A stretch of 64,000 nucleotides of DNA from Vicugna vicugna (lineage: Eukaryota), in the NCBI GenBank assembly GCA_013265495.1, contig MU061538.1, positions 808,001-872,000 of the forward strand, in the 5' to 3' direction. Position 1 is the stretch's first letter; each line of letters begins with the position of its first letter. A program made the position numbers and the translations under genes. The notes beneath the pieces were generated by a model that was given only the letters and a program-made list of their open reading frames with translations, searched no databases and was not told the DNA's origin. This document shows positions 51,511-63,751 of the stretch, piece after piece.

Positions 51511-53059
51511 TGTTATGAGAAGAAAACACCAAGGAAACAAAAACTTGCTGGTAAACCCAGTGGTCACTTTCCAGTCCTCAGCTTACCTGAACTCAGCACG
51601 ACACCAGTAATTCGGGCCACAGCACTAAGGACCTGGGTTACGGCCCTGTGCTCTAGGAGCCACTCTCCTCGCAGTGGCCAGAGGGTATCTCCGCAAGTGC
51701 AGTCAGTCCGCCACCTCAGTCACGTGCCAACACGGCGACTCTCCCCGACCCACCGGATGAAGAGCACTCTTCACCGAGGACGCACAGGCTAGCCCTGCAG
51801 CAGGGCTGGCAACGCTGCCCTGAGAGGGCCCAACAGCACACGCGGCAGCACTGCTCGCCTCTGCCCCTGCGGGAGCAGCCACAGGGAACGTGGAAAGGAC
51901 CCGGCATGGCCGCGTCCCACTGAGGCCCCTTTAGCAATAAAACAGGTGGGCAGACTTGGTCAGAGGCTGCAGCCTGCTGCTCGTAGTTTCAGAGGGTCAC
52001 CTCTGGTCACTCCTGTGACTTGCGGCAGCCATACTGATTACAACCCTTGCGTCACAATCCAGTCTGGCTCTAAAAATGTGTTGGACAGGAAGTATTAAAC
52101 ACGAGGCATTCCTATGCTACCGTCTCAAACCCAGGGAAACAAAATGCATTCCTAGAGCATCCAAACACCCCAACGAATTTAACCCCAAACACCATCACAG
52201 ATGGCGACCTGTCTGCAACAGCACACCAGGGGTTCCGGGGTAACACACAAAGCCTGCACTTCACTCATTAATGACCTTCTTAGCGGACATGGTGTGTGCA
52301 CCGAGCAACGGCACTTTACAGAACCAGATGTCAGCTCCCTCTTTCATCGATAACAGCAAGAAACATCCCAGTAACTAAAAGAAACACGGAAGTAACTCGA
52401 CGAAGAGCTCTTCTGAACTGGACCCTGGACGCCTCGCAGAGGCGGATGCCGAGAGCCAGGCAGTGGGGTGGGAAGATGCCCCCTCATCCGGATGAGGCGG
52501 GCCCGCCGGGCCTCTTCCCCACCTCCCGCCTCCACACTGGGCTTCTGACTCAGAACACGGACCTGGGGTGAAACTTCTGGATGGTTCTTTCAGGGAGTAT
52601 TGGTAGTTAAAGAGCTGCAGTGCCAGGGAGTCCCTGCACACTTGCCCACGCGCACCGCACTCCATCAGTTACAACCGGTGCAACGAATTCACACATTCAA
52701 AGAAAAACCAAGAATCATTAGTTTTCGATTTCCCACAGGAATAACCAGACGCTCCCCCCCCCTTAATGTGCAATAGCTTAGGCACAATTACTAATTTTAC
52801 TGGGGTACCTGTCAACGACAGCCTGCTAGGATTGGTAATCATCAACACAATTTATTTAAAGTGCAAGGGACAAAACCACCCAGAAAAATAACTTGCATTT
52901 AATGCTCTCCTGTTTAAAAATGTTAGTAATTAACTAAAAAGACAAAAAACAAGCATAATCACTTCCCTGGAGGGCTGGACTTGACCTGTGGGGAGCAGGT
53001 AGACACTCCCAGTTTCAATGAAGTCTCACCTCCTCCTGTGCCCCACCCACACCCCCAGG

Positions 53060-53315
53060 CTATGCTGTGGTCTGGATGCTCCCTACAATGTGGGGGTATC
53101 AGGAGATGGGGCCCTGGTGCTGGAGCCCCTTCCACCACTTGAGGACACAGGGGGAAGGCGTCAGCTGTGAACCAGGAGGCGGGCCTCCACCAGACAAGAC
53201 CACGTGGTACGCTGACCTCAGACTTCCAAGCCTCCAGAACTGTGAGAAGTAACTTTAGGTTTGTAAGCCGTCCAGGCGGTGTATTTTGTTACAGGAGCCT
53301 GCGCAGACTGAGACG
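53060..53315 (+). mobile_element. MaLR LTR fragment
   Basis: tgaaccaggaggcgggcctccaccagac...gacttccaagcctccagaactgtgaga. Confidence 0.65.
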
Positions 53316-53905
53316 GGCGGGGACTGCCCCAGCTCAGTGATGGACAGGACTGGCAGCAGTGGGGTCCTCGTCTTGCTCCTGACTTTAACGGGAGGGTGCA
53401 CTTTGAGGGTTTACCCAGGAAACAGGAAGTTTCCAGTAGGTTCTATAACCAAAGTTTCCTTGCATTTCCAATAAAGAGCAAGGTGTGTTTGCATGTATGG
53501 TGGAGACTATCAGGTGTGACGCTCGAGGTACTACAGCATCACCATCACATCATCCCCGAGTGGCCAGTTTTCACGGAAGCTGCATGCAACAGACAGCACA
53601 CTTAACCCGTGCTGGGTGACTGCGGTCTTCCACCTCACAGGGCTTTGAAGACTTTATAGAACTTTAAAAGAATCGCTTTTAGCGCTGATTACCAACAAGA
53701 GCCGCTGCGCAGACTTCAAGTGCTTGCAGCACCCGTGCCCACGCAGCAGGCAGCCACCGCAGACCTGCGCAGACAGCGCTCTGCACCACGCTTCCTGCTT
53801 CCTGAGCTCCAGCAACCTCTGCACGTGTGTAATGTATGCTGATGCAGTGTAGCTACTGGGTGCATCTGGGGCCCAAGACCCGCTCGTACGCCACGTGCAC
53901 TTTAC

Positions 53906-54153
53906 CTTTCCAAGCATCCTGCCCAGGAAGTAGTAATGTCTGGCGAAGGAGCCTCCCACGAGCATCTGAGCGGCCGGGCTGGGGTACAGGAGCCCTTCGT
54001 TAGTAGTCTTAAAAAACCCCTGGTTGGGGTTAAACCCTGACTTCAGCAGTTCATTTAGGAACTCTCTGAAAATGCCACCGCCGTCAATGCCAGCTTCGTC
54101 CAGGCCGTGCGCGTTGAGTAAGTGCACACGAATCCGCTTTTTCAGATCAGGTT
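53906..54153 (-). CDS. UBE3C: UBE3C coding exon (~18), HECT N-lobe
   Basis: (E)PDLKKRIRVHLLNAHGLDEAGIDGGGIFREFLNELLKSGFNPNQGFFKTTNEGLLYPSPAAQMLVGGSFARHYYFLGRMLGK; poly-U tract plus aacag acceptor, gtaaag donor; 248 nt; HECT 'GIDGGG' motif. Confidence 0.97.
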
Positions 54154-55665
54154 CTGTTAAAAAAAAAAAAAGGGGATGGGCAAGGAGAAAATATCTTTTT
54201 AAAAAGCAATAAAATAAGCTGGTATTGTAGAAAGTTAGGGACGAGGAGCGAGGATATTAAAAATATTTTAATGCAAGACTTAAAAAAACCAAAGACATTA
54301 ACAAGAGACAATGAGATAGACTGACCAGCACTTCCCTCAGAGCCCACACTGAGGAGACGGGAGACAGAAGTCCCCTCATGTGACGACATCAAGTACGGAG
54401 CTGGCGGGGGAGGGGAGGAAGGTGTGTTTAGAAGAAAATAAAATTACCCCACATCTGCTAAAGGACACAACAAACAGAAATACTAGGGGAGGAAGGGAGC
54501 GGAGTTACGGACCTAAGGATAATACGGAAACAAAAACGACCAACAAAGGCAGAAAGACGACGTCAGGGAGACTAACATTACAGAGACCTTCCGAAAGCAG
54601 CAAATGGTGCAGGGAGTGAGGACGCCAGAATCTACACCATCACTTACAATGATATTTGGCTGGAAAATGGGGGGAGGGATTGGTTATATACTGTGTCACA
54701 AAGATTAAAAAACAACAAAAAGCTGCAAAGCTGCTCCAGTCTGCCTGACAGCGAGAGGTCCTCATAAGGGCGGCCCTGCGCAAGCAGGACACGGGCCCCA
54801 GGGACACCAGGTGGGGTCTGGCAAAGTAACTGGCTGCCCTTCACTGTCCCCACCAATGTCCTTCAGGTGCTCTGCAAGCAGGAAGAGGGGCAGCAGGGCC
54901 CGGGGGGTGGGCCCGCACCCAGGTCTGGGCTGCTGCCACCTTGAAGGCACCCCAGGGACAGCGGCCTCTAGAGAACAGGCGGGAAGGGGGCGAGCAGAGT
55001 GCTCCTGCAGCAGCGCCCCAGCCCTGCCGCGCCAGTGCCCGCGCTCCTCAGGTCACGGGGCGGGGGAGGGGACGTTCCACCACGCGGTCACAGCGGGCGA
55101 CAGCTGACCCTGTGGCCCAGGGGGCTAGGACACCCCCATTCTTCAGGGAGAACGCCAAGGACAGGGAGGGCTGGGTTATTACCTGAAGACACACAGTTCA
55201 TACGGCAACAGGCACCTCTACAACTTTCAAACGGGTATGTATTAGCTACAGCACTTCTTTTCTACTAAAGCGTACCTTTATTTTTAAAGTTTAACTATAC
55301 TAGATGAAGAACGTAATATTCACTGATGATTAAATCCCACCCATAGGTTATTTGCATCTCTTTGATCAACATGATCACAAAATGTTCCATCTCAAGGCCT
55401 AGGTAAAATGCAGAAAGAATTCTAAGCAGATAATCATGAATGCAACACAAAAATACAGTTGAGCATTTATCTTCACGTATATCCTCCTAACAGTCAGTTT
55501 TAAGAATGAAATACAAGCATTTATTTGTCAAATGTAATTATTTCTCAAACTGAATGCCAGCACTTAATACAGCATCAGATTTTGAAAATTCTAAGTGTAA
55601 ACATTTTTAAGTGGGAAACGCTCAATCAAAGCCCGCGAACCCTCTCATTCAAACTCTGCACCCCC

Positions 55666-55683
55666 GGGGGGGGGGGGGGGGGG
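55666..55683 (+). repeat. G18 homopolymer
   Basis: Directly visible. Confidence 0.85.
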
Positions 55684-55928
55684 CGGGGCGTCTGCATCTC
55701 AGAGACTCCACGGTCATTCACAGAAGTCACCCCCTCAACTACGGCTAGAACTGGGGTTCAGCGTCCCTGGAAGCCCATTTCTGTGAACAGCAATACACAA
55801 AAGCACAGCATTTTCAGAATCAAATCTAGTTGCCTGGGCATCTTGCCACTTCTTGATTCAAAAGATGAACTAGAACTGTCTACTTACACAGTAAGGCTCT
55901 GGTGGAGGGGAACCTAAGTCAAGTACTA

Positions 55929-58900
55929 CAGCTGACCCTTGACCAACCTGGGGGTGAGGGGCCCACGCACAGCTGAAAGCTCACATGCAACCTCTGACCC
56001 CCCAACCGTGACCACTAACGGCCCACTGGCCAGAGCCTCACCGACACATGACAGCCAGGCAGCATGTTTTGTATGGTGCGTTGTGTCCTGTTATTTCTAC
56101 GGCAAAGCTAGAGAAAAAAAAACGTTGCTAAGAAAATAAGGGAGAGAAGTACTGTGCTGGGTTCATCACCACAAGCTTCCACCACGTGTGTTCAGGATGC
56201 ACGGCCTGCTGTCAGGACCTGCATCAGCCCTGTCTTACACGACACAGAGCACTGCCGCTGTTCCGTGTGTCACTAGACATTCGACATCAAAGATGAAAAG
56301 ATAACGTGAAAAGAAATGTGCATCCGTTCACAGGTGTAAGGACTCATGCACTGATCACGAAGCACCAGGAGTACGACTGCTCCCAGGAGCCTGGCTCACA
56401 CCCGGAACGAGTCCCGCGGGGTAAGAGCTGGACGGCAGGCAGGAGCGCCCGAATTCAGACTCACAAGGAGGCACTGTTAACTGTTACAGGTTTAAGCCGC
56501 TTGCCTGTGTCCATTAGCTGGTACAGTTTCTCCAGCTACAAGAGAGGCCTCCCGCATGATGCTGCAGTTCTCCGAAAGCAGAGTTACAGACGAGCAGGAG
56601 AACCAGCACACGGCGGGCTTTACAGTCACCGCCACTCACGCCGTCCTAGTGCAGGGGCGGGCCATGCGCTTCAGAACGCGTCTTCCACACGAAGGTCTAC
56701 ACCCGAGTGCTCAGGCGAGGGAGCAGGACGCAGACATGCCCCCTACAGTCAGCGGACTTGCACGCCAAGATGCTCGCACGCACACAGCAGGTAAGTTTCA
56801 ACGGTACGGCCTGACGGCCATTTCCTACTCAGAAGTGGACGAGGACTGTCACAAAGGTCTCTGTGCTGGTGGCCCTCGTGCACAATGAGCGGGGCTGCGG
56901 GGCGAGGAGACGGACGAGGAGCAGGGAGGCAGGTACCCGTGGTGTCACTTCATGGAAGTACGTCCTAACTTCTGTCCGCCTTTCTTGCTTTTTCGTTCCT
57001 CTAAAACAGTTTCTGTGCAGCACCAGCCCTCCTTCCACCATCTGCCTCAGTGCAGAGCCCGTGTATCACACGGGGCCTGCGTCGTAGAGGAAGTCAAACG
57101 CGGCGCATAATCTTCTTGATCCTCGCGTGACGAGAACCCTGGTTAGGCCATCCAACGCCAGGCTATGTCCTGGCACCAAGTCTTCGATGTCTCCTTCCTC
57201 ACCGGTTGTGAAAGCGCTCATCTCCTTCAGGTCACCTTCAGTTAAGTCTGGTGTAGGGTCTATCAGCTCTTGAATTTCAACAAGATCCATATTTTGGAGC
57301 CTTCACCCTACCTTTCCTGCCGTATCCACAGTCTCTCTAAAGACTTCCTTGATGGACTTTGTCTTGAATCCTGCAAAGCCACACCTGGACAGTTTTCTCC
57401 AGCAGGAATTCACTGTTTTGGGCTTGCCAGCTCTCCCGTTTTTCTAGAACAACGATGGCGTCCTCAGTGGCGGGACCCTTTCGGAATCTCACGGTGCTCT
57501 CTCCATCAGAGTCCCCTCCACAGTGCTGCCACCCTTTCTGTAGAGCTCCGACCCCGATTCGGGGGCTGAACAGAGACACTGTGCTCGGGGAGACAGACCA
57601 CTCTGACACCTTCGGTGTTGGACTCGCGGGGCTCTGGGAGGCGAGGGGCACTGCCCAACACCAAAGGGACTTTAAAAGTCCGTCCCTTACCGACAAGGTA
57701 CTTCCGGCCTGCAGGAACAAGGCGAGGATGGAACCGGTACAGAGGAAGGCTCTGGTGGTCCAGGCCTTGGTGTTGTCCGGCCGCAGGACCGGCAGCTGGG
57801 GTTTCTCCTGCCCTTCAGGACTGCCCTTCAGGCTGCAGACGAGGGCAGCCTGACCACACCCCCAGCTACACCCACATCCAACAGCGGCTAGCCGTCCCGT
57901 CCCGCCTCACATGCTGGTGCAAGCTACTTCTCTTCCGCACTAACCCACGTCCTTTGTGGCCTTTTCTCCCAGAATAGGGCACTTCCGTCTGCATTAGAAG
58001 CCTGTGCAGGCCGATGTCCTTTCTCCTCAACGATTTTCTTGCCGGCATCTGGGAATTCACCTGCGGCCTCTTGCTGGGCTGCCTCTGGTCTGTCATCCTG
58101 ACAACTGAAAACAAACTTCTTTCTAAAGTTACCAAAACAGCCTTTGCTGGCATTAAGTTCTCCAGCTTTCTTTCCGTCACCTTCCTTCTGCTTTAAGCTG
58201 TCACATAAAATACAAAGCAGCGTGTGACACACTATTCTGAACAGACCAGAAATAAACGTCAGGCCTCTCCTGACAACTCCAAAGCTCCCCCAGAAATTCC
58301 GGGCAGTTCTGAAGCAGCACGGTTATTAGAAGGCTTGTGCTTTTTACGGCCAACGAGGGAAAGCAAGTTGAAAAGTGCGTTAGAGAACGTAAATCTCTAA
58401 CACAGCGTACGGGTGTATTTTTGGAGTTTGAAAATTCTTTAGAAAAAGTAAATTAACTGAAAACATTTCTGGCTTTTATATAAATAAAACATGTGAACTT
58501 AAAATAGTACATTATGGGAAAATACATCACAATTTCTTACTATATTTTCGATTACATCAATGTTATTGGAAATCACACATGTGGAGAATTAATGAAAGCA
58601 CGAAGAAAGAAAACAAGGTGCCATGTCTGAGGATTTCACTTTTTCTCAGATCGTACTCGAGAACGTAGGCACACCTCTCTCACAGCAAGCCTGCACCCAC
58701 AGAAATGCTGCCTTTCAACACAAGATAAAAAGGCATTTCGCAATTACAAAGCTCTCGTGTCTGCAGCCACAGCTTCACAAGTTTCCTTTCCCCCCCACAC
58801 TGGTCCTTACGCCAGATTCATCCATCTTGCAACAGCGGCAGCTGCGGGACAGGCCAGACAAGTCCCCATGCTCTTGTTGCGCCGGGAGTGCTCCGAAGGT

Positions 58901-59435
58901 TCCTGGCACCGCCCGACACAACGAGGAATTCGCCAGAACCTCGAGGTCGCTTTTTACTGGGTTTACCAGAAAGACGAGTGGCTCACGTGGAGGCGACCAG
59001 CGTCACGTTGCCTCGGGCGGGCCCTCACACCACCCAGCTCGGCGCCACGTCTCCAGAGCAGGTCTGCAGGTGACACTGACTTCCATCTGGCGGCGACTCC
59101 ACAGGGCGCCTTTCCCTGTGTTTACGTCCCTCTTCACTGCGAATGGTGCCGTGCTCTGTGTCTGTGTAAGTTGTGATAAATTCTGACTTCTTGTAACAGA
59201 TCTGTGCGTATTTCATGGCAATGAACGGTGAAAACAGACTAGCTCCTACCTGTATTTGATGCACCCACGACACACCTGGTTCTTAACTTTTTTGAGTATT
59301 TCTAGGCTACATGATTCACCTGCAAGTTTTCTGAAACTGTCACAAATCTCAAAAAAATCTGCCAATATGTTTACGGAGAAAAATCCGCATAAGTGGACCC
59401 ATGCACTGTGCTGTTTGTTGCTCACGGGTCGACTG
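55929..59435 (-). mobile_element. Near full-length Tigger2-like (pogo/Tc1-mariner) DNA transposon, decayed
   Basis: TA|cagctgacccttga ... tcacgggtcgactg|TA (TIRs with TA TSDs); transposase remnants ASKGCFGNFRKKF, EFPDAGKKIVEEKG..NADGSALFWEKRPQRT, MDLVEIQELID. Confidence 0.85.
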
Positions 59436-61868
59436 TACTTTGATTTTGCCCTGTTATCATTCCTTCTTCAGAAGAACGATGTAACCAATCCTGCCCATTA
59501 AACAAAACGAAGCAAAAGCAAGCGACGCACAGAAGCAGGGACACGAGAGGCTCCCAGGGACTGACCACGGGCAGCCCCGAGCCGGCTCCAGTGCGCCCCC
59601 CAACCCCGGTCACGCAGGGCACTGGAGCTCACCGGGACGCACCGTCTCCATAACCCTCGCAGCACCCGGGAGCAAACCCGCGCACTTCCCCACCCTCTCC
59701 ACCAGGAGGAACGGACGTCCACACTGCGCTCAAACCGGGCAGAAGGCTGCAGCGTGGCGGCTCGGTGTGACCAGCGTGCTCAGGCGCCACTGCGCCAGCG
59801 CCCGTGTCACCGGCATGCTTGGCACCCACTGCGGAAAGAGGGCACTCAATATCCCTGAGCTCCACTGGGTCAGCTCACTCGTCCAATGGGGCTAAACTCA
59901 CACTTGAGAAAACTCTTCTCAGATGAGAGGAGACAAGCAGTACCCGTAGAGACTGGGTTTGCTTTAACAACTAAGGGACACATGGAATAATCGTACTGAC
60001 CGAGTACATGCAAATGATCGGTCAACAAAGCACGTCAAGTCAACTTTCCGCAAGTAAATGAAACATTCTGAAATGACATTTAATTTTACAATTTGCATAG
60101 CAAAATACCAAACAATTTTAACACAGTTATGGTTTAAAAATTCTTATAAGGCCCGAATCAGAGACCATTTGTAAAGATTTATGGCACTGTAAAATAAGTA
60201 TTACGAGATTTTTCCAAATCCTTTAAATCCAATGCAATTATCAGCATGCACAAGTAGAGAGCTGGAGTATGACCAACTTTTGAATAATTTTTAAGCTTAA
60301 GGATTCATTAGGAAACTTGGGGCTTGTTGTAACCGAGCAGTAATGTCTTAAGCAATCAACATGAAAGTTTTAAAAGTTAACCGAAAATCGCTGAGAAGCA
60401 CGTATTCTCGCTTGGGCTGAAGAGGTCACAGACACGTTGCCACACCCTAGGAGGCCCGCGTGCAGAGCCGGTTCTGCCAGGAACGTCCGTGCCCTGCGTG
60501 GTCATCTCGCTGGGAAGACTGGTCCCTCTCTCCTACATCCTGGCTCAAGTCCTACCTCTCGTGAAGCCTCCAGCATCAACCACATCTCAGCTCCTCTCTG
60601 AACACAACTGCCAATCATTTGCAAATTTATCATCATAAACAGTTATATCTCCTGATTTTTCCCCAGGTTCAGTCACAATTTCAGCAAACATCTATGGAAT
60701 GCCAGCTGTGTGGCCCGAAGAGACCCCAGGAGCCGTCCCAGACAGGCCCTGTGCTGGAGTGAGAGAGGGACATGGAAACCACTAACACGGTAACACAGAA
60801 CCCAACACGCAACCAGTGTAACAGATACAGGAGCAGCTGCAGGTCCCAAAATGGGGGGAACTCTTACCACAAAAATACGTCAGACGAGGAGTCAGAATAC
60901 CTGATTTCTGCCTCAGAAAGTACAAAAATCATGAAAACGTGGTACCCTCGGCATGAGGAACCTGTGCAGTGAGGAGCTCGGGGCCTGTGGTCAGCCTCAG
61001 TCTGACGCTCGACTCGGAGGACCAGGGCACAGATTAAGTCACAAAACTAAACCACCCGACAAACAAAAGCTTCACACACAAGACTGGAACAGGGCAAGGG
61101 AGCAAGAGACGCCGGCCTTCCTCTGCTGGCCCCGGCGTGCGACAACACTAGCTCTTTCTCTAAGAAGAAAAGAAGGATTCGCAATCAGAGGTTTTGCTCC
61201 CCGAGAAGAAAGTCAACTGCTCCCCAGAAGGAGGCAACTGTTACCTCACATTTGACAACCCCCACCGGCTCCCAGAGCTGCAGTCCAGAGCCGGCCAAAC
61301 TTCCGCGCTTAATTCCTGCACCGACTGAATGCAGCATCGGGACGCCAGGTTATGGAGCGCACGTCGCTGGCCTCTAAGTGCTGTCCGGGTTCTGGTCACA
61401 ATGAACTCGTGTATCTGGCAGCACTGCCACTGAGGCACACTTACCTTTTCACAGAGAAGTCTGGACTGCAGCGGTGTTTACTTCAGTGTATTTAATTTGC
61501 TTACAGTTTGGTATTTATATAAATCAACTGTTATATACAAAACATAGCCTGTAAATGACTGTCCACCGACATTTTTAGAATTACAGGTTGTCAACTAAAT
61601 TTTAGAGATAAATAGTTGGAGGCAGGAAGAGTTTCTTGCCTTAAAAAAAAAGTCAGTATTTGAAGAACTTCTGTTGCAATAATTATTTGTCAATCTTAGA
61701 AATGTTATTTGGTAACAGACAACTCCCAAATCTGACCCACTACACTTCAGGTGTAAAAAGTCATCACAGAAAAAGGCAACGAGCATGCATGCCCTATGAT
61801 TACCTTTTTCTATAATCCCCCAGCCCCCCGCCACACGTACGTGCACACACAGAAAGAATCATGTATAC

Positions 61869-62001
61869 CATTCTCTGGGGAAAGCTTGTCATAAGCATCT
61901 TCATAAATATAATTTCTTCTTATTGTGACATTAATTCCATCCAGAAATGGACCATCTCCTTGAACGTCTTGCTTGTCTGCATAAATCAACCTCTGAAAGA
62001 T
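61869..62001 (-). CDS. UBE3C: UBE3C coding exon (~17)
   Basis: IFQRLIYADKQDVQGDGPFLDGINVTIRRNYIYEDAYDKLSPEN+G; tgttag acceptor, gtatac donor; 133 nt; absent from the ORF track, read manually. Confidence 0.95.
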
Positions 62002-62379
62002 CTAACAGAGGGGAGATTGTAAGGTTATACTTGAAGCAACGGACTTCTTGTTAAAACATAAGCAACCAAAAGGAAAAACCGCTAAATAAATCAGCTTTTG
62101 TATCTCCATAAACTCTGAAACAAACTTCAAAGGCCAACGAATCAAACTGATTTCATGCCTTCCCAGTAAACGTGTAATCTTTATCTATTTGTAGTATCGC
62201 TCCCTTTCCCTCCTTTACAGCACATTTCTAAAACCCCATGCCGTGGTGTATTTCAGTATTTTCTTTTCTGCAGACCTTTTGCAAAGATCCCGGTGGTGGA
62301 GGAAGAGCAGCTCTGTAGAGCTGTCTATTAGCATTAGCAGGAGTAATGACAAAGTCAAGTGATCCCACCCGGCACTGAG

Positions 62380-62398
62380 AGGCCAGCAGAGGGCGCCC
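62380..62398 (+). promoter_or_regulatory. CTCF core motif
   Basis: AGGCCAGCAGAGGGCGCCC. Confidence 0.55.
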
Positions 62399-62671
62399 AG
62401 GAACCAGGCAGCGGCACGTGTGCACGAGTGTGAGCACGCACGTGTTTCAACGAAGCAACACCAACAGCTTTAAAGGGAATTTGTTCTTATGCTCACCCTG
62501 TGAAGAGTGGGCAGCCCTAAAAACACCATCTTGAAGCCATCACCTAAGTACAGAAGTGCAGCAGTTTTTTGAAATTTGCTAGGTAAGTTGGTGAATACAA
62601 ATGAAACATTTTAAATTTGGAAACAGATACATGTAAACAAAGTTCTGCACATCAGTCAGAAGTCATTATGT

Positions 62672-62810
62672 GGTGGGGAAGGTACAGCTCAGGGGTAGAG
62701 CATGTGCCTAGCATGCACGAGGTCCTGGGTTCCATCCCCAGTGCCTCCACCAGAAATAAATAAATAAGTAAATGAACCTAATTACCCCCCCCACCAAAAA
62801 TAAAATAACA
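62672..62810 (+). mobile_element. Vic-1-like SINE
   Basis: ggggaaggtacagctcaggggtagagcatgtgcctagcatgcacgaggtcctgggttccatccccagt plus (aaat)n and cctaattacccccc tail. Confidence 0.88.
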
Positions 62811-63251
62811 GTTGAACTGCCATTAAGAAAAATAATTACACAAAAAATTAAGATAGCCATCCATGTCTTTATTTTTTTAATAAGGTAACATTTGTGACAA
62901 ATAACTTAATAACATATTGTACAGAAGACTATCTTCAAAAAAATCTGCATTTTCAAAAACACAAAACTTACTGGATAGAAAGGACCTTACACAAAAACGA
63001 TAGTGTAACAGGCCTTTAGTCACAAACAAGGAAAATATATTTCAAGTTTGCACAAAGAGCTATTTGGCTGGATTACAGTTTTACAAATCATTGCCAACTA
63101 TCACAGGCTAATGAGAAAAATTTGAATTATATAATCAGGTACCCAGGATACTTCAGAGATTCTTCCCACTGGCGTTAATTTTCAAAACTGAGATGCTATA
63201 AATAAGCACAAAACACACGAGGTCAATGCGCAGAGAAACCAGATTCCATAC

Positions 63252-63349
63252 CTTTACTCGTTCTTCAAACGGGACCACGAAGGGCAGTTCTGTTAGGATG
63301 GCGAGCTGCCTCTCCTCGGACACAGACAGCGGCGGGGACTCCGAGCCCA
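63252..63349 (-). CDS. UBE3C: UBE3C coding exon (~16)
   Basis: (V)GSESPPLSVSEERQLAILTELPFVVPFEERVK; ttgcag acceptor, gtatgg donor; 98 nt, in phase with the previous exon. Confidence 0.96.
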
Positions 63350-63663
63350 CTGCAACACAGTTCAGACCCCGTTAGCCGGGCGCTCTCCCTTCCAGACCCG
63401 CCAGGCTACGTTCAGTTTGAGACATTCGTTCTTCAGGAGGCCAAACCGTATGCAGGGACACCACCACTAGTCTGGCTGCCAACGGCGGGGCAAGGGGCTG
63501 GCTACCAAGGCACGAGGCAGCTCCTGGAGTGACGAAACGACTCTACCTGGTTGATCGTGCTCAGAACGCACAGCAGAGTAGACCGAAGAGCGGCGCTTCG
63601 GTACGTGAGCTACCCCGTGACGCACCTGAGCTGAGGGAGATGTGTGGGGCCCCGGGGACTCAC

Positions 63664-63751
63664 CATCCAGGGTGGACCGCAGGGGGCCGATCCTCCCCAT
63701 TCGCCGGAACCGCCACGCGTTTCTAGACGCTGGCACGTAGAGTTGGGTGAC
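63664..63751 (-). CDS. UBE3C: UBE3C internal coding exon (probably exon 15 of 23 by human numbering)
   Basis: Encodes VTQLYVPASRNAWRFRRMGRIGPLRSTLD+G; cag acceptor, gtgagt donor; 88 nt, phase 0 to 1. Confidence 0.95.

Noticed and set aside
57066..58232. Possible domesticated TIGD-like gene
   Set aside because: Transposase homology is split over several frames with stops and an insertion; a decayed transposon
61860..61868. Possible U12-type intron at gtat donors (also 63246-63251)
   Set aside because: Donors read gtatac and gtatgg, not the U12 consensus GTATCCTT
62672..62750. tRNA-like sequences here and at ~1320, 3180, 4860, 7340 and 33250
   Set aside because: They share an A-rich tail with a cctaattac-type motif, are mutually diverged and one has TSDs, so they are SINE heads rather than tRNA genes
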